Assembly: GCA_977017645.1 (NCBI GenBank)
Contig: OZ360250.1
Location: 15,376,001-15,440,000 of the forward strand
Direction of reading: 5' to 3'
DNA from: Torpedo marmorata
Lineage: Eukaryota
Length of the DNA stretch: 64,000 nucleotides
Under the pieces are notes generated by a model. The model ran no database searches and was not told where the DNA came from. It saw only the letters and a program-made list of their open reading frames with translations. A program made the translations under genes and the position numbers. Shown here one piece after another: positions 24,536-36,489 of this stretch; the stretch's first letter is position 1; every line of letters begins with the position of its first letter.

Positions 24536-26178
24536 CAGAACACAGAACAATACAGCACAGTACAGGCCCTTCGGCCCTCGATATTGTGCCGACCCATATA
24601 TTCCTTCCTAAAAAAAAAGTACTAAACCCTCCCTACCCCATAACCCTCTATTTTTCTTTCATCTATTTGTTTGTCTAAGAGTCTCTTAAATGCCCCCAAT
24701 GTTTCAGGCTCCACCACCATCCCTGGCAAGGCATTCCAGTCACCCACAACTCTCTGTGTAAAAAAACTTACCCCTGATATCTCCCCTAAACTTCCCTCCC
24801 AGCACCAATAGCCTGAATACGACTGGGATTGTCTGATCTCGGAAGCTAAGCAGGCACAGGACTGGTCAGTACCTGGAGGGGAGACCGTCAAGGAACACCA
24901 GGTGCTGTAGGTTTCTGTGAGGGGCGCTGGACAAAGTAGTGACTCTCTGTCTGCCTTATGGTAGACAAAAATTAAAGAATTTCATGTATGTTACATTCTA
25001 AATGTAGTATTACGTGACAATAATGGAACCATTTACCCTTAACTTTGTACATATGTCCTCTGGTGTTTGCTGTTCCTGCCCTGGGAAAAAGGTGCTGGCT
25101 GTTCACCCTATCTATGCCTCTCATAATCTTGTAGACCTCTATCAAGTCTCCTCTCATCCTTCTACGCTCCAAAGAGAAAAGTCCCAGCTCTGCTAACCTT
25201 GCCTCATAAGACTTGTTTTCCAATCCAGGCAACATCCTGGTAAATCTCCTCTGCACCCTCTCCATAGCTTCCACATCCATCCTATAATGGGGTGACCAGA
25301 ACTGAACACAATACTCTAAGTGTGGTATCACCAGAGATACGTAGAGTTGCAACATGACCTCTCTACTCCCGAATTCAATCCCCCTATTAATGAAGCCCAG
25401 CATTCCATAGGCCTTCTTAACTATCCTATCAACCTGTGCGGCGACCTTGAGGGATGTATGGATTTGAACCCCAAGGTCCCTCTGTTCATCCACACTCTTA
25501 AGTAACCGACCATTAACCCTGTACTCAGCCTTCTGGTTTGTCCTTCCAAAATGCATCACCTCACACTTATCCGGATTGAACTCCATCTGCCACTTTTCTG
25601 CCCAACTCTGCATCCTGTCTATATCCTCTTGTAACCTTCGACAACCTTCAGCTCCATCCACAACTCCTCCAACCTTCGTGTCATCCGCAAACTTACTGAC
25701 CCATCCTTCCGCCTCTTCATCCAGGTCAGTTATAAAAAATCACAAAGAGCAGGAGTCCCAGAACAGATCCTTGCGGCACTCCACTAGTCACCGACCTCCA
25801 GGCAGAATACTTTCGTTCTACTACTACTCTCTGCTTTCTTCCTACAAGCCAATTTTTTATCCACACAGCCAAGGTTCCACTGATCTCATGCCTCATGACT
25901 TTCTGGATGAGTCTCTCGTGGGGGACCTTGTCAAATGCCTTGCTAAAATCCATGTCGACCACATCTACCGCCCTACCCTCATCAATTTCTTTTGTTACCT
26001 CCTCAAAAAACTCAATTAGGCTCGTGAGGCACGACCTTCCCTTCGCAAAGCCATGCTGACTATCCTTGAGTAGACTGTACTTATCCAAATGCTCATAGAT
26101 CCTATCCTTAAGAATCCTCTCCATTAGTTTGCACAACACTGACGTAAGACTCACCGGTCTATAATTCCCAGGATTCCC
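24536..26178 (-). mobile_element. CR1 LINE, 5'-truncated RT, interrupted by a 5S-derived SINE
   Basis: SLTSVLCKLMERI, QHGFAKGRSCLTSL, DFSKAFDKVPH, GVPQGSVLG, WQMEFNPDKCEVMHFG, HLEYCVQFWSP. Confidence 0.93.
24801..25037 (+). mobile_element. 5S rRNA-derived SINE (SINE3-type), near full length
   Basis: 24801-24914 aligns to 5S rRNA (gtctgatctcggaagctaagcagg...tggtcagtacctggaggggagacc...ggtgctgtaggttt). It is followed by a ~120-nt non-5S body and tail shared with 57104-57261. Confidence 0.85.
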
Positions 26179-26756
26179 AGAAATCCCGAGTTTCGATGTA
26201 ATCGTAAATCAATAAACTGCAGGTGTTGAAAATCTGAAAACAAAACCAGAGAATGCTCAGTAGGTCAATCAGCATCTGTGGAAGGAGAAAGAATTCCTCT
26301 GCTCTGAGAGCAACACAAGGATTTCCCCATCTCTGTTCCGTTAAAATTGGGGGCCGCTGCCAAGTCCATGGCAATTAATCCTCGGTAAAGCAGGAATATT
26401 TCGGAAACAGATAACTCCGGACAACAAATTTTTCATAAGGTTTGCTTCCTGAAAAAACATTGGGGATTATGATAGACAACGTCAAGCTGAACACAGATAA
26501 TTTCAGATTTGCTGTATCACGTAGGAAGTTGGAGAAACATTAAATTAACTTTTATTGAATTTAGCACGTTTAATCGCATAATGATTCAACTGAACGAAAA
26601 ATGTTTTGCCTCTGATTTTCGTTTGTACTCAGCATCTGATGCCTCTTGTGTCAGTGTCCAACAATAGTCGGCCAGCATTGATTGATTCCAGTTGCCCTGA
26701 TACAGCTTTTCCATGGTCACAATGTCCTGGTGAAACTTTTCACCATGTTCGTCACT

Positions 26757-27823
26757 GAATCAGAATCAGAATTTATTGTCATGAACAAGTCATGAAATTC
26801 GGTGTTTTGCGGCAGCATCATAGTGCAAACATTAATATTATAACCATCTTACGACATTACTATAAAAATATATAAATAACAGTGCATGAAAAGTAAGGCA
26901 GTGTCTTTGGTTCATTGATTATTTAGGAATCTGATGGCAGCGGGGAAGAAGCTGTCCTTGTGCCGTTGAGTGTTCGTCTTTAGGCTCCTGTACCTTTTTC
27001 CCGATGGTAGCAGAGTGAAGAGGGCATGGCCTGGGTGGTGGGGGTCTTTGAGGATAGAGGCTGCTTGTTTAAGACAATGCCTCACGTAGATGTCCTCGAT
27101 GGAGTGAAGTTTGGTGCCTGTGATGTCACAGGCCGAGTTAACAACCCTCTGGAGTTTACTCTTGTCCTGAGAGTTGGCGCCTCCATACCAGGCAGTGATG
27201 CAACCAGCCAGAATGCTCTCCACGGTACACCTGTAGAAGTTTACGAGAGTCTTTGGTGACATACCGAATCTCCTCAGACACCTCACAAAGTATAGCCGCT
27301 GACGAGCCTTCTTTGTGATTGCATCAACGTGGAGGATCCAGGACAGATCCTCAGAGATGTTGACACCCAGGAATTTGAAGTTCTTGACCCTCACCACTAC
27401 TGAGCCCTCGATGACTGGGTCGTGTTCCCCTGACTTCCTCCTGAAGTCCACAATCATCTCCTTGGTTTTGCTGTCGTTACACCATTCAATGAGCTGATCT
27501 ATCTCCCTCCTGTACGCTTCCTCATTGCCGTTTGTGATTCTGCCGACAACTGTGGTGTCATCGGCAAACTTGTAGATGGAATTGGAATTGTGCCTGGCAA
27601 CACATTCATGGGTGTATAACGAGTAGAGCAATGGGCTAAGCACACATCCTTGGGGTGCGCCTGTGTTGATAATCAGTGAGGAGGAGACGTTGTTTCCAAT
27701 TCGTATTGACTGTGGTCTTCCAATGAGAAAGTCAAGGATCCAGTTGCAGAGGGGGATACAGAGACCTAGAGTTTGTAGCTTCTCGACCAGCACTGAGGGA
27801 ATAATGGTATTGAAGGCTGAGCT
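26757..27823 (-). mobile_element. Rex1/Babar-type non-LTR retrotransposon, 5'-truncated
   Basis: Open RT C-terminal half: [54 protein letters not shown]. Tail ACAATAAA(TTCTGA)n. Confidence 0.9.
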
Positions 27824-27857
27824 TTCCAAGACTGCACCAAGATCAGCAGGGAAGAAG

Positions 27858-29003
27858 TCCCTCCACCTAGCCCTCACCCACCTGGAAAATAAGGACGCGT
27901 ATGTTCGAATGCTGTTTATTGACTTCAGCTCGGCATTCAACATGATCATACCTCAGTACCTGATAGGGAAGTTGAGGGGGCTGGGCCTAAACTACACCCT
28001 CTGTAATTGGATCCTAGACTTCCTGACGGGATGACTTCAGGCATTCCGGATTGGAAACAGCACTTCTAAGGTCATTACATTGAGCGCGGGGGCTCCCCAG
28101 GGCTGTGTGCTTAGTCCATTGCTGTTCACCCTGCTAACTCATGACTGTGCAGCAAAACACAGCTCGAATCACATCATAAAGTTCGCTGATGATACAACCG
28201 TGGTGGGCCTTATCAGTAAGAACGATGAGTCAGCATACAGAGATGAGGTGCAGTCGCTAATGGAATGGTGCGGAACCAACAACCTGCAGCTGAACGTAAA
28301 CAAAACAAAAGAGTTGGTTGTCCACTTCAGAAGGGCCCGGGGGGATCATTCTCCTTTGACCATGGACGGCTCTACCGTTGAGGTCGTAAAGAGTACCAAG
28401 TTTCTTGGAGTGCACTTGGCGGAGAGTCTCAGCTGGTCCCTAAACACCAGTTCCATCGTCAAGAAAGCCCAGCAGCGTCTTTACTTCCTGCGAAGGATGA
28501 GGAAAGTTCATCTCCCACCCCCTATCCTTACTACATTCTACAGGGGATGCATTGTGAGTATTCTGAGCAATTGCATCACCGCTTGGTTTGGAAATTGTAC
28601 CACCTCGGACCGAAAGACCCTGCAGAGGATAGTGAGGTCAGCGGAGAAAATAATTGGAGTCTCTCTCCCCACCATGACAGACATCTACAACACACGATGC
28701 ATGAGGAAGGCTAAAAACATTGTGAAGGACTTCTCACACCCCTTTGGTAAACTGTTTTCCCCTTTGCCATCTGGAAGGAGGTACCGAAGCACTCGGGCTC
28801 GTACGTCCAGACTGTGCAACAGTTTTTTCCCCCAAGCCATCAGGCTCCTCAATTCCAAGATATATATGTGTATTAGCAAGTTATAGTTTTTTCTATTGTA
28901 TTATGATATTTATGTACATCTGCCAAATGTCCTGGAGAAACGCTATCTCGTCTTACTGTGTATATGGTAACGAACGACAAATAAAGGTGACTTGACTTGA
29001 CAA
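27858..29003 (+). mobile_element. Rex1/Babar-type retrotransposon, different subfamily, 5'-truncated
   Basis: [50 protein letters not shown]. One stop near 28034. Tail AATAAAG(TGACT)n. Confidence 0.9.
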
Positions 29004-30239
29004 GTGCGAATGCAGAAAATGAATTTTCAATGACATGTTGCACTTCATGGTTTTGTGTACTTGAAGTAGACTTAAAATATGACAGGAAATCACAAAATAG
29101 ATTACATCTTAAAAACAGTACGTGATAGGAAATTTTTAAGGTGATTTTCGTGATCAGCAGCCCAAAATCTATAAAATACACCCAAAAGTGTTCAGGAAGC
29201 AAAATCTTCATTGTCCAGTGTCATCGGTGGGGAGATGGGAAAGGGATGGGATTGACTGACTCGTGCACAGAGGCCGTCGGCTGGTTAGCAGCAGCATCAC
29301 CGGTCAGAAGGAAGGGCCTCGACCCAAAACATTGACCGACCATTTCTCTCCACGGATGCTGCCTGACCACCATCTGCAGACTTGGTCTTTCTCTGCACTG
29401 TGGTCAACGTCCCCTTGCCTGTCCCCAGTGAACAGGCAAGGAGCTGGCACGCAGGACACTCACCCTGCTCTCACCCGCCAAAGTCTGCTCAAGACTTGAG
29501 ACATTCTGAAGGGGATTGTATGCGAACGTTCAGCTTTTGACAAACTGAAGCCAGTCTAAGTATTTCTTCAGCCTGAATCGTTGACTGTTTCTCTTCCCAC
29601 AGACATGTCCTGACCTTATTAATGTAAAACCTGCTCTTCTCTCAATGCACGTATCCTGGGACTCCCCCTGTGTGTGATAGAGGAATCCTCGGGGATTCTG
29701 TTCCACGCACTCCGTGTTCCTCACCTAATCTTCCATTACAGTTGCAGATCCCTCTGCCACAGAGTGTGTGAATCCTTGTTCAGCCTCTGGGAGTGGGACT
29801 GCCCTGTCTGGAGATTGCCCGTGGCTTGCATGCTGCCTGTGGAACAGTTCGGCAGGGCTTTGCTTTGCTCAGTGTGGCTTTGCATATCCACGAGATTTAA
29901 GCAGGTACGTTGCTGTCTCATAGACGCTGTTAACAGGTGTAGGGAGTGCAGAAGTGCCTCGATACCTCATTAAAATAAGCCTCCACGAAATTTAAAGCAT
30001 TCTGTGATCATCAGGAGACAGGCGCCCATGTTCTAAATCAGCAGGGAAACGCAAGAACGGCACATGCTGGAATCGAGTGAAAAATTGGAGAGAAGTTGGA
30101 GGGACTTGGCATCTCCACCCGACCTGCTGACTGACCATTTTCCTTCACAGATGCTGCCTGATCTCCTGAGTCCCTCAGCTTTTCTTCATTCACTCGTGTT
30201 CTTAATTAACAGCTATATTCAGAGGTGCTCCATATTCTC

Positions 30240-30575
30240 CAGCTCCCCACCCCCTTCCCTTCCGTCTCCTGTCCCACAACTTCCCCCCCCCCATCACCTC
30301 ATCTTTTTTCTCTTCTACCCTCCCACCTGTTTTCATGGATTACGTCTTACCTGCTAGCCTGTGCTCTTCCCCCTGCCCCTTCCTCCCTCCTCTCCTCCAC
30401 CCCCACTCCCACCACCTTTATATTCAGTCGCCTGCCTGTTTATGCTTATACCTTGACGAAAGGCTCAGGCCCGAATGTTTACCCTTTACTTCCTATAGAT
30501 GCTGCGTGACCTGCTGAGTTTCTCCAGCACTTTTGTGTATTGCACTCAACCCCAGCGTCTGCAGACTTTCTTTTT
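30240..30575 (+). mobile_element. Penelope-derived 3' fragment
   Basis: C-rich UTR, then ataccttgacgaaaggctcaggcccgaa and the conserved gacctgctgagtttctccagca box. Confidence 0.7.
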
Positions 30576-30599
30576 CTAATACATCGTTCATTATAGTAT

Positions 30600-30815
30600 T
30601 TTAATTTAATTTAGGGATACAGAATAGAACAGGCTCCTCCAGCCCGCGCCGCCCAAATACACCCTTGTGACTAATTAACCTACTAACCCCGTATGTCTCT
30701 GGAATGTGGGAGGAAACCGGAGCACCCGGAGGAAACCCACGCAAGTCACGGGGAGAACATACAAATTCCTTACAGACAGCCGCAGATTCGAACCCGGGTC
30801 ACTGGCTCTGTAATA
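30600..30815 (-). mobile_element. V-SINE
   Basis: V-domain reverse complement gggaggaaaccggagcacccggaggaaacccacgca. Confidence 0.8.
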
Positions 30816-30977
30816 TTGTTTTTCTTTAACTTGTGCTGATAGGGGCGTCTCCCTCAGACCTAGTCCGGTTGGGCTTTAATTCCCAGCCTATGCTGGCATT
30901 GCAGTGTTGTGTTCGGCTGAAGTTGCCTCCATGAGCCTGACGTAACGATGTGCTTTTCCTCCCGGGGTCTGCATCAG

Positions 30978-31154
30978 TTCGCCCACTCAGCGCGTGCAGT
31001 CTGCCTGCTCTGCCTCCAGTCCCGTCCTCTCTGCTTCGCCGCTCGCTCCGGCCGGCCAGCCTGCTCTCGCTAGCCCAACGACGTCGCCAGTGTCGCCGCC
31101 TGCCGCCCCCCACCAGGGTCGTCCTGCTGCCACCGCCTCGCCTGCTCTGCAAAG
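30978..31154 (+). CDS. LDB3: LDB3 Ala/Pro/Ser-rich cassette exon (177 nt, phase 2 to 2)
   Basis: ctgcatcag| ... CAAAG|gtaccg. Open, symmetric, encodes SPTQRVQSACSASSPVLSASPLAPAGQPALASPTTSPVSPPAAPHQGRPAATASPALQR. Position, phase and composition fit the alternatively spliced mammalian exon (STPIEHAPVCTSQA...DSPR). Identity is low. Confidence 0.75.
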
Positions 31155-31311
31155 GTACCGGGTGCTTCGGGGGGAAGGTTGCTGGTGTGCTTGCCTGGTG
31201 ATGCCTGGGTTGGGTGGGAGTCTCCTATCACCCCACCCCCCCAAACCCCTGGGAGCTCAGCTGCATGTGTGAGCCACTGCAAGACTCCTTCACAGACTTG
31301 GGTTAAATTAT

Positions 31312-31403
31312 AAATTTTAGACATACAGCACGGTAACAGGCCCTTCCGGCCCACGAATCCAAAATACACCAATTAACCTACAAACCCTGTACGTCTGAAC
31401 GGT

Positions 31404-31434
<31 letters not shown>

Positions 31435-31490
31435 ATGCAGACACGGGGAGAACGTACAAACTCCTTACAGACAGCGCCGGATTCTAAACC
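31312..31490 (-). mobile_element. V-SINE, 5'-truncated
   Basis: Same V domain and tail. Confidence 0.8.
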
Positions 31491-31679
31491 CCCCCCCCCC
31501 TTGCGTTAGGCGTGACAACGGTCCAGATGTAGGGTAAATGGAGTTGGGGTTTCCTGTCTTGGAGCAGTCAGTATGAGCTGTGCTAATAAGACAGGTCTAT
31601 CAGAAATTGTTTTTGGTCCATTGCCAATTCCCATGATTTCTAACATTTTAAATTTAAATTTTTAAATTTTTTTATAATT

Positions 31680-31915
31680 TAAATTTACACATACAGCACG
31701 GTAACAGGCCATTTCGGCCCACGAGCCCGTGCCGCCCAATTACACCCAATTGAACTACAACCCTGGTACATTTTGAACGGTGGGAGGAAACCGGAGCTCT
31801 CGAAGCAAACCCACGCAGACACGGGGAGAATGTACAAACCCCTTACAGACAGCGCGGGATTCGAACCCTGTCCTGATTGCTGGCGCTGTATCAGCAACGC
31901 TAACCGTGCCGCCCC
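31680..31915 (-). mobile_element. V-SINE
   Basis: Head, V domain and tail all present. Confidence 0.85.
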
Positions 31916-32529
31916 TAAAAGAGGATGATTTCAATTTGCCCACGGACAAAAACACCTGGGTATGAGGTTCTGGGCACCAAATGTGCCCTTGTTCAGTGAT
32001 TGGGCAGGCTCTGGTGGAACACTTGAGAGGAGAAGGGATGTCCCACACCTGCCAAGAGGAGGTGCTTCCTGGTTCGGTGATGAGTGGAACCTTGCCCACC
32101 CCCATGACCTGGAGACACGTGTCTCCCCCAAGCCATCCCTTTCCGACAGAGTCCCCCTGTCCGCCAGGACCTTCCCCACAGGTTAGAACCAGAAAACCCG
32201 GCTCTCCTCCCTGGATTGTGTCCTCAGGAACATTGTTCAGCATACATCTCTCTGCAGGAGACAACACACACAAAGTCCTTCTGAAGAGTTGCTTGTTTTG
32301 GAGTGTGTTGGTGTTTGCCCTGCTGAACCTCCCGAGCTGATATGTTTTGGATAAATTCTATCCTGACCGTTTCTCCCCAAGGATTTCCCCATGTTTATTC
32401 CCCGTCTGCAGACAGATTCCATCGTATTTTCTCATTATTTATAGCACTTGACCTTGCCAGAACAACCCAGAACTAATCTCCTTCCTCACTTCACTTCATC
32501 TCTCATCTTTTTATTTATTTTAAAATTTA

Positions 32530-32776
32530 TTTAAATTTAGACATACAGCAAGGTAACTGGCTCTTTCAACTCACGAGTCCGTGCCGCCCAATTACACCCA
32601 ATTAACCTACAACCCCATACATTTTGAACGGTGGGCGGAAACCGGAGCACCCGGAGGAAACCCACGCAGACACGGGGAGAACGTACAAACTCCTTACAGA
32701 CAGCGCGGGATTCGAACCTCGGTCGGTCACTGGCGCTGTAACAGCATTGCTCTAACCGCTTCGCTAACCGTGCCGC
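32530..32776 (-). mobile_element. V-SINE
   Basis: Head, V domain and tail all present. Confidence 0.85.
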
Positions 32777-33209
32777 ATCTGCTTCAGATGTTTCTCGGTT
32801 CCTGCCCTCTTCCTCAGTTATTCATGTCAAACCATTCCCTGCAGCAACCATTGGAAGTCTAAGACCATTGACTCCCCAACGTTGAGACCTCGCAGCTTCA
32901 CAGCCTCCACTCACCCAACCTCTTGTTCCTCGCTTCATCAGCTTGTCAAACATGCTTCATTGCTGCCGTTAGCTTTTGACTCCCTGTTTTCTCCAATGGA
33001 TGGCATTTTGGCAGCACAGAGGCAAACCCAGCAGTGGAGGAATGGCGCTCTGGCAGAAGAAAGAGTTACCCCTTGGCTACGTTAACTCCGGGGGCAATGA
33101 TGGGAAAGTGGGGGGAATGAAATGGGGTCAGTGTACGATGAATACGATATGTGCTTGGTGGATGACACAAGGAGAAGGCCTTATTCTCATGGCTCAGATC
33201 TCATCTCCA

Positions 33210-33345
33210 GAGACCCGGGTTCGACCCTGACCTCGGGCACTGTCTGTGTGGAGTTTGCACACTTTCCCCGTGGTCGTGTGTGTGCTCTGGTTTTCAGCCA
33301 CGTCCCAGAGATGTGCGGGTCGGTGGGTTAATTGGTTGCTCTCAA
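33210..33345 (+). mobile_element. Old diverged V-SINE
   Basis: gacccgggttcgaccctgacctcgggcactgtctgtgtggagtttgcacac (B box plus V domain). Confidence 0.7.
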
Positions 33346-33871
33346 TCTCCGTGGGGTAGTTGATGGTGGGTCGGAGAGCACAGAAACAGGCCCTACGTGG
33401 GGCTCAACTTCGGCACCAGACCCCTGAGAGACGGCACTCCCGGAAACCCAGACATGACCAGTCTCGCTGCACTGATCGCCAGCCGTGCTGACCTCTGTGT
33501 GTGTCGTTGTGGCGCGGATGCTTTTCTCCCTCCTCCTGCCTTTCCCTTTCCCCTTCTGTTCCTCTCCCTGACCTCCGTGTTACTGCCACCATCACTGCTT
33601 GGCCCATGTTTGGTTCCACCAGCTGCTGCTGCTCCTGTTGCCGTCTCTCCACAGGCTGGACGTCCTGCTCCTGTCCAGCAGTCCGTCCACCTCCTGCCAA
33701 CTACTGCCGCACGGTGTGTACCAAACATCATCCCTGCAGCAGAGGTTGGGGCAGAGAGTGACTCCAGTGTTCTAACCTCCCGCGAGCAAGCAACGTTCCT
33801 CCCACCCCACCCCGAGTGCCACCTGGGATCTCTTCCAGATTCGGAAAAGATTGGGAGAGATGGCGAGGGAC

Positions 33872-34310
33872 TTCCACAGTGGGGGTGAGACTGTGAGGGG
33901 CTTTTACAGTGGGAGCGAAACCGTCAAGGGCTCCATCAGTGGGAGTGAGACCGTGAGGGGCTCCCACAGTGTGGGTGAGTCCATGAGGGGTTCCACAGTG
34001 GGAGTGAGACCGTGAGGGGTTCCCACAGTGTGGGTGAGTCCGTGAGGGGTTCCCACAGTGGGAGAGAGACCGTGAGGGGTTCCCACAGTGGGGGTGAGTC
34101 CGTGAGGTGTTCCCACAGTGGGAGAGAGACCATGAGGGGTTCCACAGTGGGAGTGAGACCGTGAGGGGTTTCCACAGTGGGGGTGAGACCGTGAGGGGTT
34201 CCACAGTGGGAGAGAGACCGTGAGGGGTTTCCACAGTGGGGGTGAGTCCGTGAGGGGTTCCCACAGTGGGAGAGAGTCCGTGAGGGGTAACCACCATGGG
34301 TCTGAGACCC
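33872..34310. repeat. 29-30-bp G-rich minisatellite, about 14 copies
   Basis: Unit ttcccacagtgggagagagaccgtgagggg with variants. Confidence 0.92.
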
Positions 34311-35869
34311 TGAGAACTCATGGTTAAGTGCCAGCACACAGACAATGGGCCCGTATTATTAACCTGTGGTTTCATGCCACTGAGGACACAGCTGACCAGA
34401 TGGGGGTGAATGATCGGAAGCACATGAAGATGAGAGTGTTCTGAGAGAACGTGTCCTGGTGAGAAGCTCCTCTGTTACTGGTGCTGAAAATGTCTGCCAA
34501 TCCCTCTCAGTTAAAAGCCACAACAACATTTTTTCCTTAAATCCAAGTGGCCTTTGGCTCATCCAAACTCCAGAGAAACGCCACGACCACAGATGCTGGA
34601 ATCCTGAACAAACAAAGGGAAACTGGAAGGTCTCAGTGAGTCAGGCAGCGTCTGCAGAGGGAAATGGACCACAATAGGGGAAACGTTGACTGACCACTTC
34701 CCCCGTGGACACTGGCTGACCCTCTCAGTCTCTCCAGCTTCTCGCTGTTGACATCCAAACGTTAGTTTGCTTTGGATCTGGTAGCTGGATTGTTGAGGTG
34801 GTTTGAAATTGTTCAGTAGTCTTACAACAAACCAACACCGAGCTCGGTTGTATAGGACCAGGAAATGTGGCAAGTCCCGGGAGAGAATCACAACAGGTGA
34901 AGAACATGAGATTGTTTCATTAAAATCAGTCAAACATTTTAGGGTAAGTTCTGAAAAGTCCAGATGAAATGATTTCTTGCTGTGTGTAAACAGGCAGATT
35001 GCAGCAAACAGTTCCAAATCCCTGCATTGCTGCACTCACTGTGAAAATTAGATGAGATGTTGTGCGTCTCCGATCTTGATGAAGGTCCACGACCCCTTGC
35101 TGAGTGCAAGACGCCAGAGAGGAGGAAAGACGGATCAGAGCCAGTGGACCAGATTGGGAGAGCTCCACAAGCTGAGGGCAGATTGGGGCTGGAGGGTGCA
35201 AGAGGAGGTGAGGAATACCCAGAGAGGGGGTGGGCCGAAACGTGGGCCTAGGAGGGTCTGACCAGCGACACCAGGGATGCTGCGTTGTTGGGGAAGGCTC
35301 CTGGGCCATCAGTGTTCCCTCTCCAAGCTCCTGTCGAGACGTGGGATCAGCTCCATCTCCGAACCTGGTTCAAGGGGATGGAACCACTGCCGCACAACTC
35401 AACCCAAGTGCGTGCCGGAGACGGAAGTTCATCAAGAGCAGGAGTGTGGGGGGGGGCAGCGAAGGCAGTGGTGCTGAGCGGAGCAGGCAGGAGGGGTGAC
35501 ACCGTATGCTAAACTCTCCTGCGTTGGTCCTGTGTTGGGTGCAGCTCCTGGACCTACCCTGGGGATCCCCCGTCACCGTGCCCCCGGCAATAGTGCTGGA
35601 TCCGAGATTATTGGTGAGGCCCGGCTGCTGGACGGAGCTACCTCCCCGCTTGCTGGCACCTGCTCCAGGGAAGCCCAGGCGATCTGCTGGGCCAGGCTGC
35701 AGAGCCAGCAGTCTGGGCTGGGAGCCAGCCAATCCTGGGCGCAAGCCCAGACAACCCTTCCTTTCCCTGACTGCCCTCTCTAGTGGCAGATCCCTGGCCT
35801 TTCACCTCCCATGTTTCAAGGGTTTGGGGCCTTCTGCCACCCTAACCTGGACACAAGACCTCCACCGAG

Positions 35870-36150
35870 GTAGGTGAGACAAGAACTAGAGGTCATGGGT
35901 GAAAGGTGAGATGTTCAGGGGGAACTTCTTCAAACAGAGAATGGTGGGAGTGCGGAACGAGCTGCCAGCTGAAGTGGTGACTGCGGGCTAGATTTTGACA
36001 TCTAAGAACAATTTGGACAGGTATATAGTTGGGAGGGGTATGGAGGGATATGGTCCAGGTGTAGATCAGTGGCACTCGGCAAAATAATAGCTTGCCGCGG
36101 ACTAGATGTGCTGATGGGCCTGTTTCTGTGCTGTAGTGGTCTATGGTTTC
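35870..36150 (+). mobile_element. CR1 3' fragment
   Basis: Same family as 1868-2162. Confidence 0.75.
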
Positions 36151-36489
36151 CGGTCCCATCTGCTCACCATTGGTTCCACCGATTACCTGCCATCCTCTGA
36201 CTCGCCCTCCCTCTCACTTCTACACTTGGCTGTCTTCCCCTCACACTCTCTGTCCTGATATGCAGGGTCTTGGCCCGAAACGTTGACCATCCTTTGCCTC
36301 CACAGATGCTGCTCGACCCACCCAGTTCCTCCAGCAGTTTAATTTCTGTTTCCCTGTCTGCTCTGCAGTGACTGTTAGAGTAAAGCTCTGTTCTGCAGGG
36401 CACCATGCTCTGGGTCTTATACATGGTGGTTTCTGCAGTGATGTCCCTCTGTGGCTCCCAGTGCTGGTGAACCCCCGAACCCTGGTGCA

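Noticed and set aside
24801-24914. Functional 5S rRNA gene
   Set aside because: 5' end missing or diverged, many substitutions, not in tandem, fused to a tail shared with a truncated second copy. It fits a SINE.
26912-27949. 345-aa intact reverse transcriptase gene
   Set aside because: Chimeric: its N-terminus is the antisense of the neighbouring element. No endonuclease or N-terminal RT motifs.
33728-34423. 231-aa minus-strand ORF
   Set aside because: Translation of the 30-bp minisatellite.
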